Shown here piece after piece: positions 47,456 to 56,273 of a stretch of 64,000 nucleotides of DNA. The notes beneath the pieces are model-generated. The model saw only the letters and a list, made by a program, of their open reading frames with translations. It ran no database searches and was not told the origin of the DNA. Position 1 is the stretch's first letter; the number at the start of each line of letters is the position of its first letter. Origin of the DNA: an uncultured Candidatus Saccharibacteria bacterium (GTDB lineage Bacteria; Patescibacteriota; Saccharimonadia; Saccharimonadales; CAZNVG01). Both the position numbers and the translations under genes were made by a program. The stretch covers positions 8,367 to 72,366 of the forward strand of contig CAZNVG010000001.1 in assembly GCA_964576475.1 (NCBI GenBank). The letters run 5' to 3'.

Positions 47456-50017
47456 ATACCGAACAAGCCATTTCTTGACGGCCTCATGATCGCGATTACG
47501 CCAGGCAACTCTCGCAGCAATATCTGAGTACCCAACAAGAATGTTTCTATGAAGCATTTTATGTGATTCAAGCGGCTCGAAAAATTCATGATAGCGCTTC
47601 TGCCAAGCCTCGTCATTCATCGCACCGGCACAATATGTGGGTAAGTAGTCAAATGATTTACTTTTGCCCAGAGTATCTTGAATCCATTCCCAGTTCTCAG
47701 TCATATACTCCCAAGTTATTTCACGAAGTCGATAATTGCGCATAAATAGTGCAATCCATCTCAGGAGATCCTGCGGTCGCACAAACCCATTTATCCCAAG
47801 AGCCTTTTCAAGTATTCGTTTTGCGAGCATAGGATCCTTAGTACTACTGAGAGCGCCCGTTATGTCGCTTTGCACTTCAGGATGCGCTGATGGATACTGC
47901 TCAAGCAAGTCCATTGCATACGAATCATCATCGTGCCGTACCATTACGGATAGGATTGTGCCACGTATTTCAGCAGGAAGAGACTCGATTGAGTCCGCTT
48001 TTTTGAAACGTGCTTTCGCTTCATTAAGCGCAGACTCGTCTTCAGAACCTACCATTAGCGACAGGGCAGTATGACGAAGTTGTTTCGTGTTTGGATCATC
48101 GTCTTTTTGATCATCCCATCCAAGCGTCGTATACCATTGTTGCGACAATTGCTTGCGCAGGGTACGGAGTGCCGCTTCTGATTCTTCATCGCCTTCAGTG
48201 ATAACACTCGCACTACCAATCACCCGCGTAATCAGCCCCCAAACGTTATCTCGAGGCTCGCTTGCTGTGTGCTCAATAATCTGAAGTGCTTTGGTAAGTG
48301 AGTCATCGCCACGCCGCGCCAGCAGCAGTAAATCATTTAGCATGTTTATTCTGGCTTCAGCTGAAATCTTTTGGTTTTGTAACTGAGTGATGAGGTGCTG
48401 TGTATGATTGTCGCCAATATATTGGGTGACAAAATGTGCGCTACCTTGATGATTCAGCAGGATAGGGTTCTTGCTTTCACTGACGATCGTGGCTTCTTTT
48501 GTCTTCAAGAGGTCAGGTTTTAATGTTTCATTAGCCAATAGCGGTATAGGCCAGAGTGTTGTATCGTTTTGCGCATCTAATACAAACCGCTCCTGTGACA
48601 AATGAACTTTTTCGGCATCTTGTGAAACACGGACAAGCGCCAAGCCCGGTTGCGTTATCCAAGGGGTCATGAGCGCACCAATGTCCTTGCCGCTCACTTC
48701 ACTCATGGCACGCCATAAGTCTTCCCTGGTGGTGTTCCCGTATTCGTGTCGATGAAAATATATCTGGAGAGCTTTCGAAAAATCTTTGTCTCCAATGTAG
48801 TCTCGAAGCATTTTCAGTAGTCTTCCACCCTTGGCATAGACGATACCCGGATCAAACAGTGTTTCTATTAGCTCTGGGTCTGTAACCTTAACTCCGACTG
48901 GTTGTATGTCTTTATATATGTCTCTGTTCGACGAACTAATTATGTCGAGCGCAGTATAGTGCTCCCATTGCTTCCATTCTGGATGAATTACGTCGAGAGA
49001 AAGGTGCTCCATGATACTTGCGAAGCTTTCGTTTAACCACAAGTCATCCCACCATTGCATTGTGACAAGATTGCCAAACCACTGATGAGAAAGTTCATGT
49101 GCGACAACGATCGACACATATTGCTCTGAACTTATTGATCTATTTTGAGGATCGGCCAACAACGCTACTTCACGGTAAGTGATGAGCCCCCAGTTTTCCA
49201 TGGCTCCTGCATCAAAGTCAGGTAACGCGACCTGATCACACTTACTCAGCGGAAAAGGCACACCAAAGTACTCTGTATAGAATTCCAAGAGCTTAACTGC
49301 TTCGTGAGTGGCATACGTAAGCTGCTCTACTGGTCTCGCGACAGCTGACCACGATCTGACAACAATGCCATCTTTGGTTTTTGCCTCAAAGCAGTGCATC
49401 TTACCAATGACAAAAGCAAGCAAGTATGTACTCATACGAGGGGTTTTTTCAAAGCTAATCCGCGAAAGCCCGTCACTAGATTCTCGGCTCAGCTCAGGTG
49501 TGTTACTTAATACAACCTGACCCTCAATAGCTGGCGTCTCTATACTTAGCGAGAACGTCGCTTTTGCTGCCGGCTCATCAATACATGGAAACGCCTCTCG
49601 GGCATGATGGCTTTCAAACTGCGTTGCTAAAATGACTTCCTCAACACCGTCATGATCAAAGCGACTAGGATAAATACCATTCATTACATCAGTAATGCTA
49701 CCCTTGAATTCTACTGTAACCGTGTAGTTCCCTGGATATAATTTATCTTCCGTATGCAAGCGAACTTCTTCGAGCTTTTTGTGGTGATGAATCCGTGTAA
49801 CCTCAGGACTATGTTCACGTTTTCGTTCATGTCGAGTAATCGTTGCGCCAGTTATAGTCAGGTCACGTTGGTGCAGCGTTATTCGTTGAGCGGGTTTTTT
49901 TAACTGCCCTGTAATGACCGCTGAGCCACTGAAACTTTTGCTACCCTCGGCAATTTTAAGAGTTAATTCGTAGTGTTCTGGAGCGAATGATGCATGGAGG
50001 CGTTTGGCAGATGACAT
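47438..50017 (-). CDS. pepN: M1 family aminopeptidase
   Basis: TQFE..AR.AFPCIDEP, GAMENWG, HELSHQW...WLNE, ERAP1-like C-terminus; start moved to MSSAKRL. Confidence 0.94.
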   Translation of the reverse strand: MSSAKRLHASFAPEHYELTLKIAEGSKSFSGSAVITGQLKKPAQRITLHQRDLTITGATITRHERKREHSPEVTRIHHHKKLEEVRLHTEDKLYPGNYTVTVEFKGSITDVMNGIYPSRFDHDGVEEVILATQFESHHAREAFPCIDEPAAKATFSLSIETPAIEGQVVLSNTPELSRESSDGLSRISFEKTPRMSTYLLAFVIGKMHCFEAKTKDGIVVRSWSAVARPVEQLTYATHEAVKLLEFYTEYFGVPFPLSKCDQVALPDFDAGAMENWGLITYREVALLADPQNRSISSEQYVSIVVAHELSHQWFGNLVTMQWWDDLWLNESFASIMEHLSLDVIHPEWKQWEHYTALDIISSSNRDIYKDIQPVGVKVTDPELIETLFDPGIVYAKGGRLLKMLRDYIGDKDFSKALQIYFHRHEYGNTTREDLWRAMSEVSGKDIGALMTPWITQPGLALVRVSQDAEKVHLSQERFVLDAQNDTTLWPIPLLANETLKPDLLKTKEATIVSESKNPILLNHQGSAHFVTQYIGDNHTQHLITQLQNQKISAEARINMLNDLLLLARRGDDSLTKALQIIEHTASEPRDNVWGLITRVIGSASVITEGDEESEAALRTLRKQLSQQWYTTLGWDDQKDDDPNTKQLRHTALSLMVGSEDESALNEAKARFKKADSIESLPAEIRGTILSVMVRHDDDSYAMDLLEQYPSAHPEVQSDITGALSSTKDPMLAKRILEKALGINGFVRPQDLLRWIALFMRNYRLREITWEYMTENWEWIQDTLGKSKSFDYLPTYCAGAMNDEAWQKRYHEFFEPLESHKMLHRNILVGYSDIAARVAWRNRDHEAVKKWLVRYSATEH

Positions 50018-50079
50018 GTAATTAATCGTAGCATGGCTTGATGAAAGCTGTGTCGTTATGCTATAGTTAACACGTTGTC

Positions 50080-50106
50080 CGGCCGTTCTCAGGTCGGCTT
50101 TTTTCA
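50080..50106 (+). promoter_or_regulatory. Terminator-like hairpin in the nusA leader
   Basis: GGCCG...CGGCT followed by a T-run, between the TGCTATAGT -10 and the nusA start. Confidence 0.5.
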
Positions 50107-50131
50107 TCTTAAACCCCCGGAAGGAACCACA

Positions 50132-51358
50132 ATGGATCTAGAAATTAAACAGTTAGTACTCGCCATCAAACAAATCGCGGAAGAGAAAAACCTACCAGAA
50201 GAAGTCGTACAAGACGTTATCCAGCAGGCACTCGCCGCTGCATGGCGCCGTGACTTTGGTGATCGCGAACAAGAAGTGCGCGCAGAGTTAAATCAAAGCA
50301 ACGGCGATGTGACTATCTTTGCCAGCAAAGAAGTCGTTGAAGTCGTAGGTGACCCACAAGTAGAGATTAATGTTGCCGACGCACAGAAAATCCGAAAAGA
50401 TGCTGCAGTGGGCGAATTTGTAGAAATAGTCGAGAAGCCAACAACCTTTGGTCGTGTCGCTGCACAAACTGCTCGACAGGTTATTATCCAGAAACTACGT
50501 GAAGCTGAACGAGAAGTCGTGCTTAGTCTTTTTGAAGATAAAATCGGTACGATTATCAACGCTACTGTGCAACGAGCTGAAGCTCGAATTGTACGTGTTG
50601 ATCTTGGAAAAGCTACGGGCATTATGCCTATCAGCGAACAAATTCCTGGTGAGCGCTACTATCCCGGTGCCCGAATCAAAGTGTATCTAAAAGATGTTGA
50701 GCGCGGCACTCGAGGTCCACAGCTAATTCTCTCGCGCGCCACAGGTGAGTTCGTGAAACAGCTTTTCATGAACGAAGTTCCTGAGATGGAAAGTGGCGCA
50801 GTAGAGATCAAAGAAATCGCGCGTGAAGCTGGTGTCCGTACAAAGATTGCAGTGGCTAGCAACGTTGCCGGCGTTGATCCCGTAGGGACATTTGTTGGTG
50901 GTCATGGAACTCGCGTACAAGCTGTTATGGGCGAAATTGGTGATCAGGAAAAGATAGACATCATTGTATATGACGAAGATCCAGCGACTTTCATTAAGAA
51001 CGCACTTTCACCTACAGAAGTAGTTAAAGTAGAGATCTACGAATCAGAAAAGAAGGCAATTGTACGAGTTGGCGAAGATCAGCTATCAATTGCTATCGGA
51101 AAAAACGGTCAGAACGTACGATTGGCAAGCAAACTTACAGGCTACGAACTAGATATTGCTCCGAGCAACACACCTAAACCAGTTGAAAAGGCTACAGAGC
51201 CTGAAGCTGAAGAACCAGCTGCCGCACCAGTTGTCACATCAACGCCAACCCCTGCGAAGCCGCGACTAAAGCGAAAAGAAGAGCTTGAAAGCAGTCTGCT
51301 GAGCGCCATAGAAGAGCACGGCGAAGCAGCTGATAGTACAGACGAATCCAAAGAATAG
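50132..51358 (+). CDS. nusA: Transcription factor NusA
   Basis: FGRVAAQTARQVI, S1 and KH domains (AREAGVRTK, AIGKNGQNVRLA); start at MDLEIK after GAAGGA. Confidence 0.97.
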   Translation: MDLEIKQLVLAIKQIAEEKNLPEEVVQDVIQQALAAAWRRDFGDREQEVRAELNQSNGDVTIFASKEVVEVVGDPQVEINVADAQKIRKDAAVGEFVEIVEKPTTFGRVAAQTARQVIIQKLREAEREVVLSLFEDKIGTIINATVQRAEARIVRVDLGKATGIMPISEQIPGERYYPGARIKVYLKDVERGTRGPQLILSRATGEFVKQLFMNEVPEMESGAVEIKEIAREAGVRTKIAVASNVAGVDPVGTFVGGHGTRVQAVMGEIGDQEKIDIIVYDEDPATFIKNALSPTEVVKVEIYESEKKAIVRVGEDQLSIAIGKNGQNVRLASKLTGYELDIAPSNTPKPVEKATEPEAEEPAAAPVVTSTPTPAKPRLKRKEELESSLLSAIEEHGEAADSTDESKE

Positions 51359-51379
51359 TTGTTCTATCAAAAAGACGAA

Positions 51380-51406
51380 TTAGCACTCTTGCAATGGGAG
51401 TGCTAA
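51380..51406 (+). promoter_or_regulatory. CIRCE element (HrcA operator)
   Basis: Perfect TTAGCACTC-N9-GAGTGCTAA upstream of clpC. Confidence 0.95.
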
Positions 51407-51462
51407 TTCGATACACTTTTACGTATGACAGTCACCTTAACAGACTGTCGTGAGGGAACACT

Positions 51463-53937
51463 ATGGACGAACAAAAAGAATTTCATGATTTTTTAGAACA
51501 CTTGACGGACAACGCCAAGAACAGTCTGCAGCATGCTGAGGCAATCGCGCGCGGCTTTGGCTCAGCCTATATTGGCACAGAGCATTTATTACTCGGCGTA
51601 CTAGCCCAAGAATCATCTATCGCCGCCAAGGTACTAGAATCGATTGGTGTAACACTTGATCGCGCTAAACTTGCGCTGGATTTGACTCCAAAATCAATGA
51701 TTGTACAAGTCGGCAATAGAGGCCTGAGCGAGACCGCAAAGCTTACCCTAAAGATGAGCTGGGAAGTCGCCCAAGAATTTAACCAAGATTATTGCGGTAC
51801 TGAGCATATTCTCTACAGCATTCTCAATCAAAAGAACGCGCGAGCTACTGTTTTACTTCGAGACATGAATGTCAGTATCGAGGGTCTGTTAGGCGAGCTT
51901 GAAAGCTATTTGAGTCGACAGCAATATGATCAGGGAGAGGGTACGTCAGGGCGCACAAAACGGCGACGACGAAGTAGCGGCTCAGCACTCGACTATTTTG
52001 GTACAGACCTTACTGCACGCGCCAAAGCCGGTGAGCTTGATCCTGTTATTGGCCGCGAAGACCAAATAAAGCGCATGATCACGATACTCGGTCGTAGAAC
52101 AAAAAATAATCCAGTACTCATAGGTGAACCAGGTGTGGGTAAAACAGCAATTGTAGAAGGTCTCGCACAACGTATAGTCGCTGAAGAGGTGCCTGAAATA
52201 TTGCTAGATCGCCGTATTGTCATGCTTGATCTCGCCGCCATGATAGCGGGAACGAAGTATCGAGGTGAATTTGAAGAGCGACTGAAGAAAGTACTCGATG
52301 AGCTCACTGATGATAAAAAGACTATCGTTTTTATAGATGAGATGCATCTGTTGGTCGGCGCAGGAGCTGCAGAAGGCGCAATGGACGCCGGCAACATGCT
52401 TAAGCCGGGACTGGCACGTGGTGCAATTCGTATGATCGGCGCCACGACTATGGATGAGTACAGTAAGTATATAGAGAAAGATGCGGCTCTTGAACGTCGC
52501 TTCCAACCAGTCATGGTGCCCGAGACAACCATACCTGAAACAATTGCAATCATTCGCGGACTAAAAAAGCACTATGAAGATTTCCATGGTGTGAAGATTT
52601 CTGACGAAGTTGTTAAAGACGCAGTCGCTATGGCAAAACGCTACATAAATGATCGCTTTATGCCTGACAAAGCTATAGACCTTATAGACGAGGCAGCGTC
52701 ACAGGCCAGAATAGAACGTCGAAAAACACCCGTTGAAGCACGAAAGCTACAGCGCGAGCTTCGTATAGTGACGAGCCGCATGGAAGACGCAGTCGACAAC
52801 GAAGACTATGAGCGAGCTGCAAAGTTCAAAACTAGAATGAGCCAAATAAACAAACGGCTTGAAGAACTTCACGCAAATCAAGATAAATCCCATCAGGTGT
52901 CGCTCACTAGCGACGACATAGCTCGAGTAGTGAAGATGATTACAGGTGTGCCGTTAACGAAGCTCAAGAAAACAGAATCGCACTGGCTGATGGAGCTTGA
53001 TAGACACCTTAAGAAACATGTAATCGGTCAAGACGTCGCTGTTGAATCCATCGTAAAAGCAATCCGACGAAATCGTTCCGGAATCACTCCTGCCAATAAG
53101 CCGATTGGATCATTCGTGTTCCTCGGCCCTACGGGTGTCGGTAAAACTGAGCTTGCTCGGGTACTAGCACGTGAGTACTTCGACTCAGAGGATGCACTAA
53201 TCAAGATCGATATGTCGGAGCTTTCCGAGCGTCACACCGTTGCTCGACTCGTCGGTGCGCCAGCAGGCTACGTCGGCTACGAAGAGGGTGGTCAGTTGAC
53301 CGATAAGATTCGCCGCCAACCATATTCGCTTATATTGCTGGATGAGATTGAAAAAGCACATCCAGATGTGTTCCACATTTTGCTGCAGATTTTGGAAGAC
53401 GGCTACTTAAGCGATGCAAAAGGCAGACGTGTAGATTTCAGTAACACCATTATCATTATGACGAGTAATGTTGGTGCTGAAAAAATGCAAAAAGAAGCAA
53501 AGCTTGGCTTTAGAGCTTCGAGCAGTTCTGACCTTAACCAATTAACAGAGCTGCACGACGAAACGAGTGAAGCTGTTAAGGACGAACTCAAGCGAATCAT
53601 GCGACCTGAATTGCTAAATCGCATAGATAAAGTAGTGAGTTTTAATGCTCTTACTAAGAAAGATGTCCAAAAGATCCTTGAGCTACAGATAAAAGATCTG
53701 GTACATCGCATAGGTGAGCAGAAATTTGGCCTTAGGGTGCAACCTTCCGCTAAACACCGTCTACTTGAACTCGGTTTTGATGCATACAATGGCGCAAGAC
53801 CTATGCGTCGAGCAATTCAAGATCACCTTGAAGATACGCTTGCAGAGCATATAATTTCTGGTGCAGCAGAAAAGGGTCAAGTCTTCGTTGTAGGGGCTCG
53901 AAAAAACACCTTCACAGTCGCAGTTGAATCCGAATAG
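51463..53937 (+). CDS. clpC: ATP-dependent Clp protease ATP-binding subunit ClpC
   Basis: Clp-N repeats, GEPGVGKT, UVR-type middle domain, GPTGVGKT, LGF ClpP-binding loop. Confidence 0.93.
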   Translation: MDEQKEFHDFLEHLTDNAKNSLQHAEAIARGFGSAYIGTEHLLLGVLAQESSIAAKVLESIGVTLDRAKLALDLTPKSMIVQVGNRGLSETAKLTLKMSWEVAQEFNQDYCGTEHILYSILNQKNARATVLLRDMNVSIEGLLGELESYLSRQQYDQGEGTSGRTKRRRRSSGSALDYFGTDLTARAKAGELDPVIGREDQIKRMITILGRRTKNNPVLIGEPGVGKTAIVEGLAQRIVAEEVPEILLDRRIVMLDLAAMIAGTKYRGEFEERLKKVLDELTDDKKTIVFIDEMHLLVGAGAAEGAMDAGNMLKPGLARGAIRMIGATTMDEYSKYIEKDAALERRFQPVMVPETTIPETIAIIRGLKKHYEDFHGVKISDEVVKDAVAMAKRYINDRFMPDKAIDLIDEAASQARIERRKTPVEARKLQRELRIVTSRMEDAVDNEDYERAAKFKTRMSQINKRLEELHANQDKSHQVSLTSDDIARVVKMITGVPLTKLKKTESHWLMELDRHLKKHVIGQDVAVESIVKAIRRNRSGITPANKPIGSFVFLGPTGVGKTELARVLAREYFDSEDALIKIDMSELSERHTVARLVGAPAGYVGYEEGGQLTDKIRRQPYSLILLDEIEKAHPDVFHILLQILEDGYLSDAKGRRVDFSNTIIIMTSNVGAEKMQKEAKLGFRASSSSDLNQLTELHDETSEAVKDELKRIMRPELLNRIDKVVSFNALTKKDVQKILELQIKDLVHRIGEQKFGLRVQPSAKHRLLELGFDAYNGARPMRRAIQDHLEDTLAEHIISGAAEKGQVFVVGARKNTFTVAVESE

Positions 53938-53957
53938 CACTGCTATACTAGGTTTAC

Positions 53958-54926
53958 ATGAAACATTCACGAATCATTTCGATCGTTATTCTGATTATTG
54001 GTATCGTAGTCGGTTACGGCGTGGTCACCAATCAGTCATATCTCAGGGACCAATGGCAGCTATACAACTACACTCCTAGCGAAGAAGTCAGCAATCTTGG
54101 GGCTGCCGCATTACTAAATGGAACGGGTAAGCGTTATTACTACCTGTCTGAACCACAAATTGAGGACAAACAAACATTTGCTCAACACTGTCCTGTCGAA
54201 GAATCTACTATAGTGCTCGGCTGTTACGATGGTCGTGTCATGTATCTGCTAAACGTAGACGATGACAGACTGCGTGGCGTAGAAGAAGTCACTGCTGCTC
54301 ATGAGACGCTGCATGCAGTCTACTCGAGACTTACAGATAAAGAACGTGCAAGAATTGATACGCTCGTCGACGCAGTCTACAAAAAGCAAAACAATGCACG
54401 ACTCACAAAAGTTATAGATGCATATAGAGTGCGCGAGCCAAATGATATAAACAATGAGCTTCATTCAATCCTCGCGACAGAAGTAAGGGATATCGGGTCC
54501 GAACTAGAAGACTATTATGCTAAATACTTTACTGACCGAATGCGTCTCGTCTCGATGGCAGAAACGTATCAGAGTGTATTTACTGATCTTGAAGACCAAG
54601 TCGCCAGCTATGACGAGCAGCTAAAGAATCTTCGCAAGTCTATAGAATCTTCGCAAGGTACACTCACAAGCAAACAAAATGCCATAACCTCGCAACGTAC
54701 AAGGATGGACACCCTGCTTCGCAACAACCAAATTAGTGAATATAACAGTCTAGTTGCTTCCTATAATGCAAGTGTTGTCGATTATAACAATCGCGTAGAC
54801 GACCTAGAGAGCGATATCGACAAATACAACGATCTTGTCATTAAGCGCAATGAAGTAGCTACGGCTCAGAAAAATCTCGTCGAAAGTATCAACGCTGGCT
54901 TCAGCACAATTAAGCAGGAGCCCTGA
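53958..54926 (+). CDS. Exported HExxH protein with C-terminal coiled coil
   Basis: N-terminal TM; VLGCY, AAHETLHAVY, ELHS; heptad tail. Confidence 0.75.
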   Translation: MKHSRIISIVILIIGIVVGYGVVTNQSYLRDQWQLYNYTPSEEVSNLGAAALLNGTGKRYYYLSEPQIEDKQTFAQHCPVEESTIVLGCYDGRVMYLLNVDDDRLRGVEEVTAAHETLHAVYSRLTDKERARIDTLVDAVYKKQNNARLTKVIDAYRVREPNDINNELHSILATEVRDIGSELEDYYAKYFTDRMRLVSMAETYQSVFTDLEDQVASYDEQLKNLRKSIESSQGTLTSKQNAITSQRTRMDTLLRNNQISEYNSLVASYNASVVDYNNRVDDLESDIDKYNDLVIKRNEVATAQKNLVESINAGFSTIKQEP

Positions 54927-54929
54927 GCC

Positions 54930-56273
54930 ATGGCGAAGAAATCTGCAGCACAATATATCTGTAGTAACTGTGCTGCGACGTTTACGCGCTGGGAAGGCAA
55001 ATGCAGCAATTGTGGTGCATGGAATACACTTGAGCAACAAGTTAGCGGTACAGGCTCTGTCGTTACGTCAGGCAAGGTGCTTGAAGCGACTTTAGTAGGT
55101 GACAAGAACGCATTCCATGAAAAACCGCGAATCCAAACTACCATGAGGGATGTAGATGCGGTTTTGGGCGGCGGGTTCGTGCCTGGCAGCGTTATTCTTA
55201 TAACGGGGCAGCCTGGCATTGGTAAGTCGACGCTACTCCAGCAAATTGCACACTTAGTAGCCAAGCAAAACGATGTACTCTACGTGAGCGGCGAGGAATC
55301 CGCACAGCAGGTATTTTTGCGCTCACAACGACTCGGAGCGAGTGCGAAAGATTCGCTGTTCATCGCCAACTCAAATAGTGCAGATGATATTATCGCGAGC
55401 ATGCAAAAGACACAGTATTCACTTGTTATTGTTGATTCAATTCAAACAATTCAAACAAGTAATGTGCCTACGAGTCCAGGGTCACCAACACAGATCATGC
55501 AGAGTACGCACGTCCTTATGGCGGCGGCCAAGCAGACAAATACCGCCATAATCCTCGTAGGACACGTAACCAAAGACGGCGACATGGCAGGTCCTAAACT
55601 GCTAGAACATCTCGTTGATGTTGTTCTGACGCTTGAAGGAGACCGCTACGGTGGATTTAAGCTATTGAGAAGTGTTAAGAATCGTTTTGGATCAACTAAT
55701 GAGTCAGGAATCTTTGAAACAACCGAAACGGGCCTCAAAGAAGTAGTCAACCCATCAGCCGCCCTTTTGGCTGAACGACAGGTGAGCGATGGTTCGGTGG
55801 TGCTTGCGACAATGGAAGGGAGCAGACCACTGCTCGTAGAAGTTCAGGCATTGGTCACTACAACCAGTTTTGGATATCCCAAACGTGCGTCATCGGGGTA
55901 TGACTTAAACAGACTGAGTTTGCTTATAGCTATGATATCCCGACGAACTAAACTCGATCTCTCACAGTCAGATGTATTCATCAACATCGTTGGCGGACTA
56001 CGCATAAGTGAGCCCGCAGCAGACCTCGCCGTCTGTTTAAGTATCGCCTCGGCAGCTAAGGGCATCCAGCTCAATGAAGATCTTGTGGTGTTTGGAGAAG
56101 TTGGATTATCTGGCGAAGTTCGACACGTGCCATTCATGGAAGCTCGCATGCGAGAAATCAAGAAACTTGGCTTCAAGGGTGCAATTGGTCCAACTCACAC
56201 GCCAAAAGTAGCTGGATTACACAGTGTTAAAAACATTCAAGAAGCTGTCGCTGTCGCGCTAAAGTCTACGTAG
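54930..56273 (+). CDS. radA: DNA repair protein RadA/Sms
   Basis: Zn finger CSNC...CSNC, GQPGIGKST, KNRFG, Lon-like C-terminus. Confidence 0.97.
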   Translation: MAKKSAAQYICSNCAATFTRWEGKCSNCGAWNTLEQQVSGTGSVVTSGKVLEATLVGDKNAFHEKPRIQTTMRDVDAVLGGGFVPGSVILITGQPGIGKSTLLQQIAHLVAKQNDVLYVSGEESAQQVFLRSQRLGASAKDSLFIANSNSADDIIASMQKTQYSLVIVDSIQTIQTSNVPTSPGSPTQIMQSTHVLMAAAKQTNTAIILVGHVTKDGDMAGPKLLEHLVDVVLTLEGDRYGGFKLLRSVKNRFGSTNESGIFETTETGLKEVVNPSAALLAERQVSDGSVVLATMEGSRPLLVEVQALVTTTSFGYPKRASSGYDLNRLSLLIAMISRRTKLDLSQSDVFINIVGGLRISEPAADLAVCLSIASAAKGIQLNEDLVVFGEVGLSGEVRHVPFMEARMREIKKLGFKGAIGPTHTPKVAGLHSVKNIQEAVAVALKST

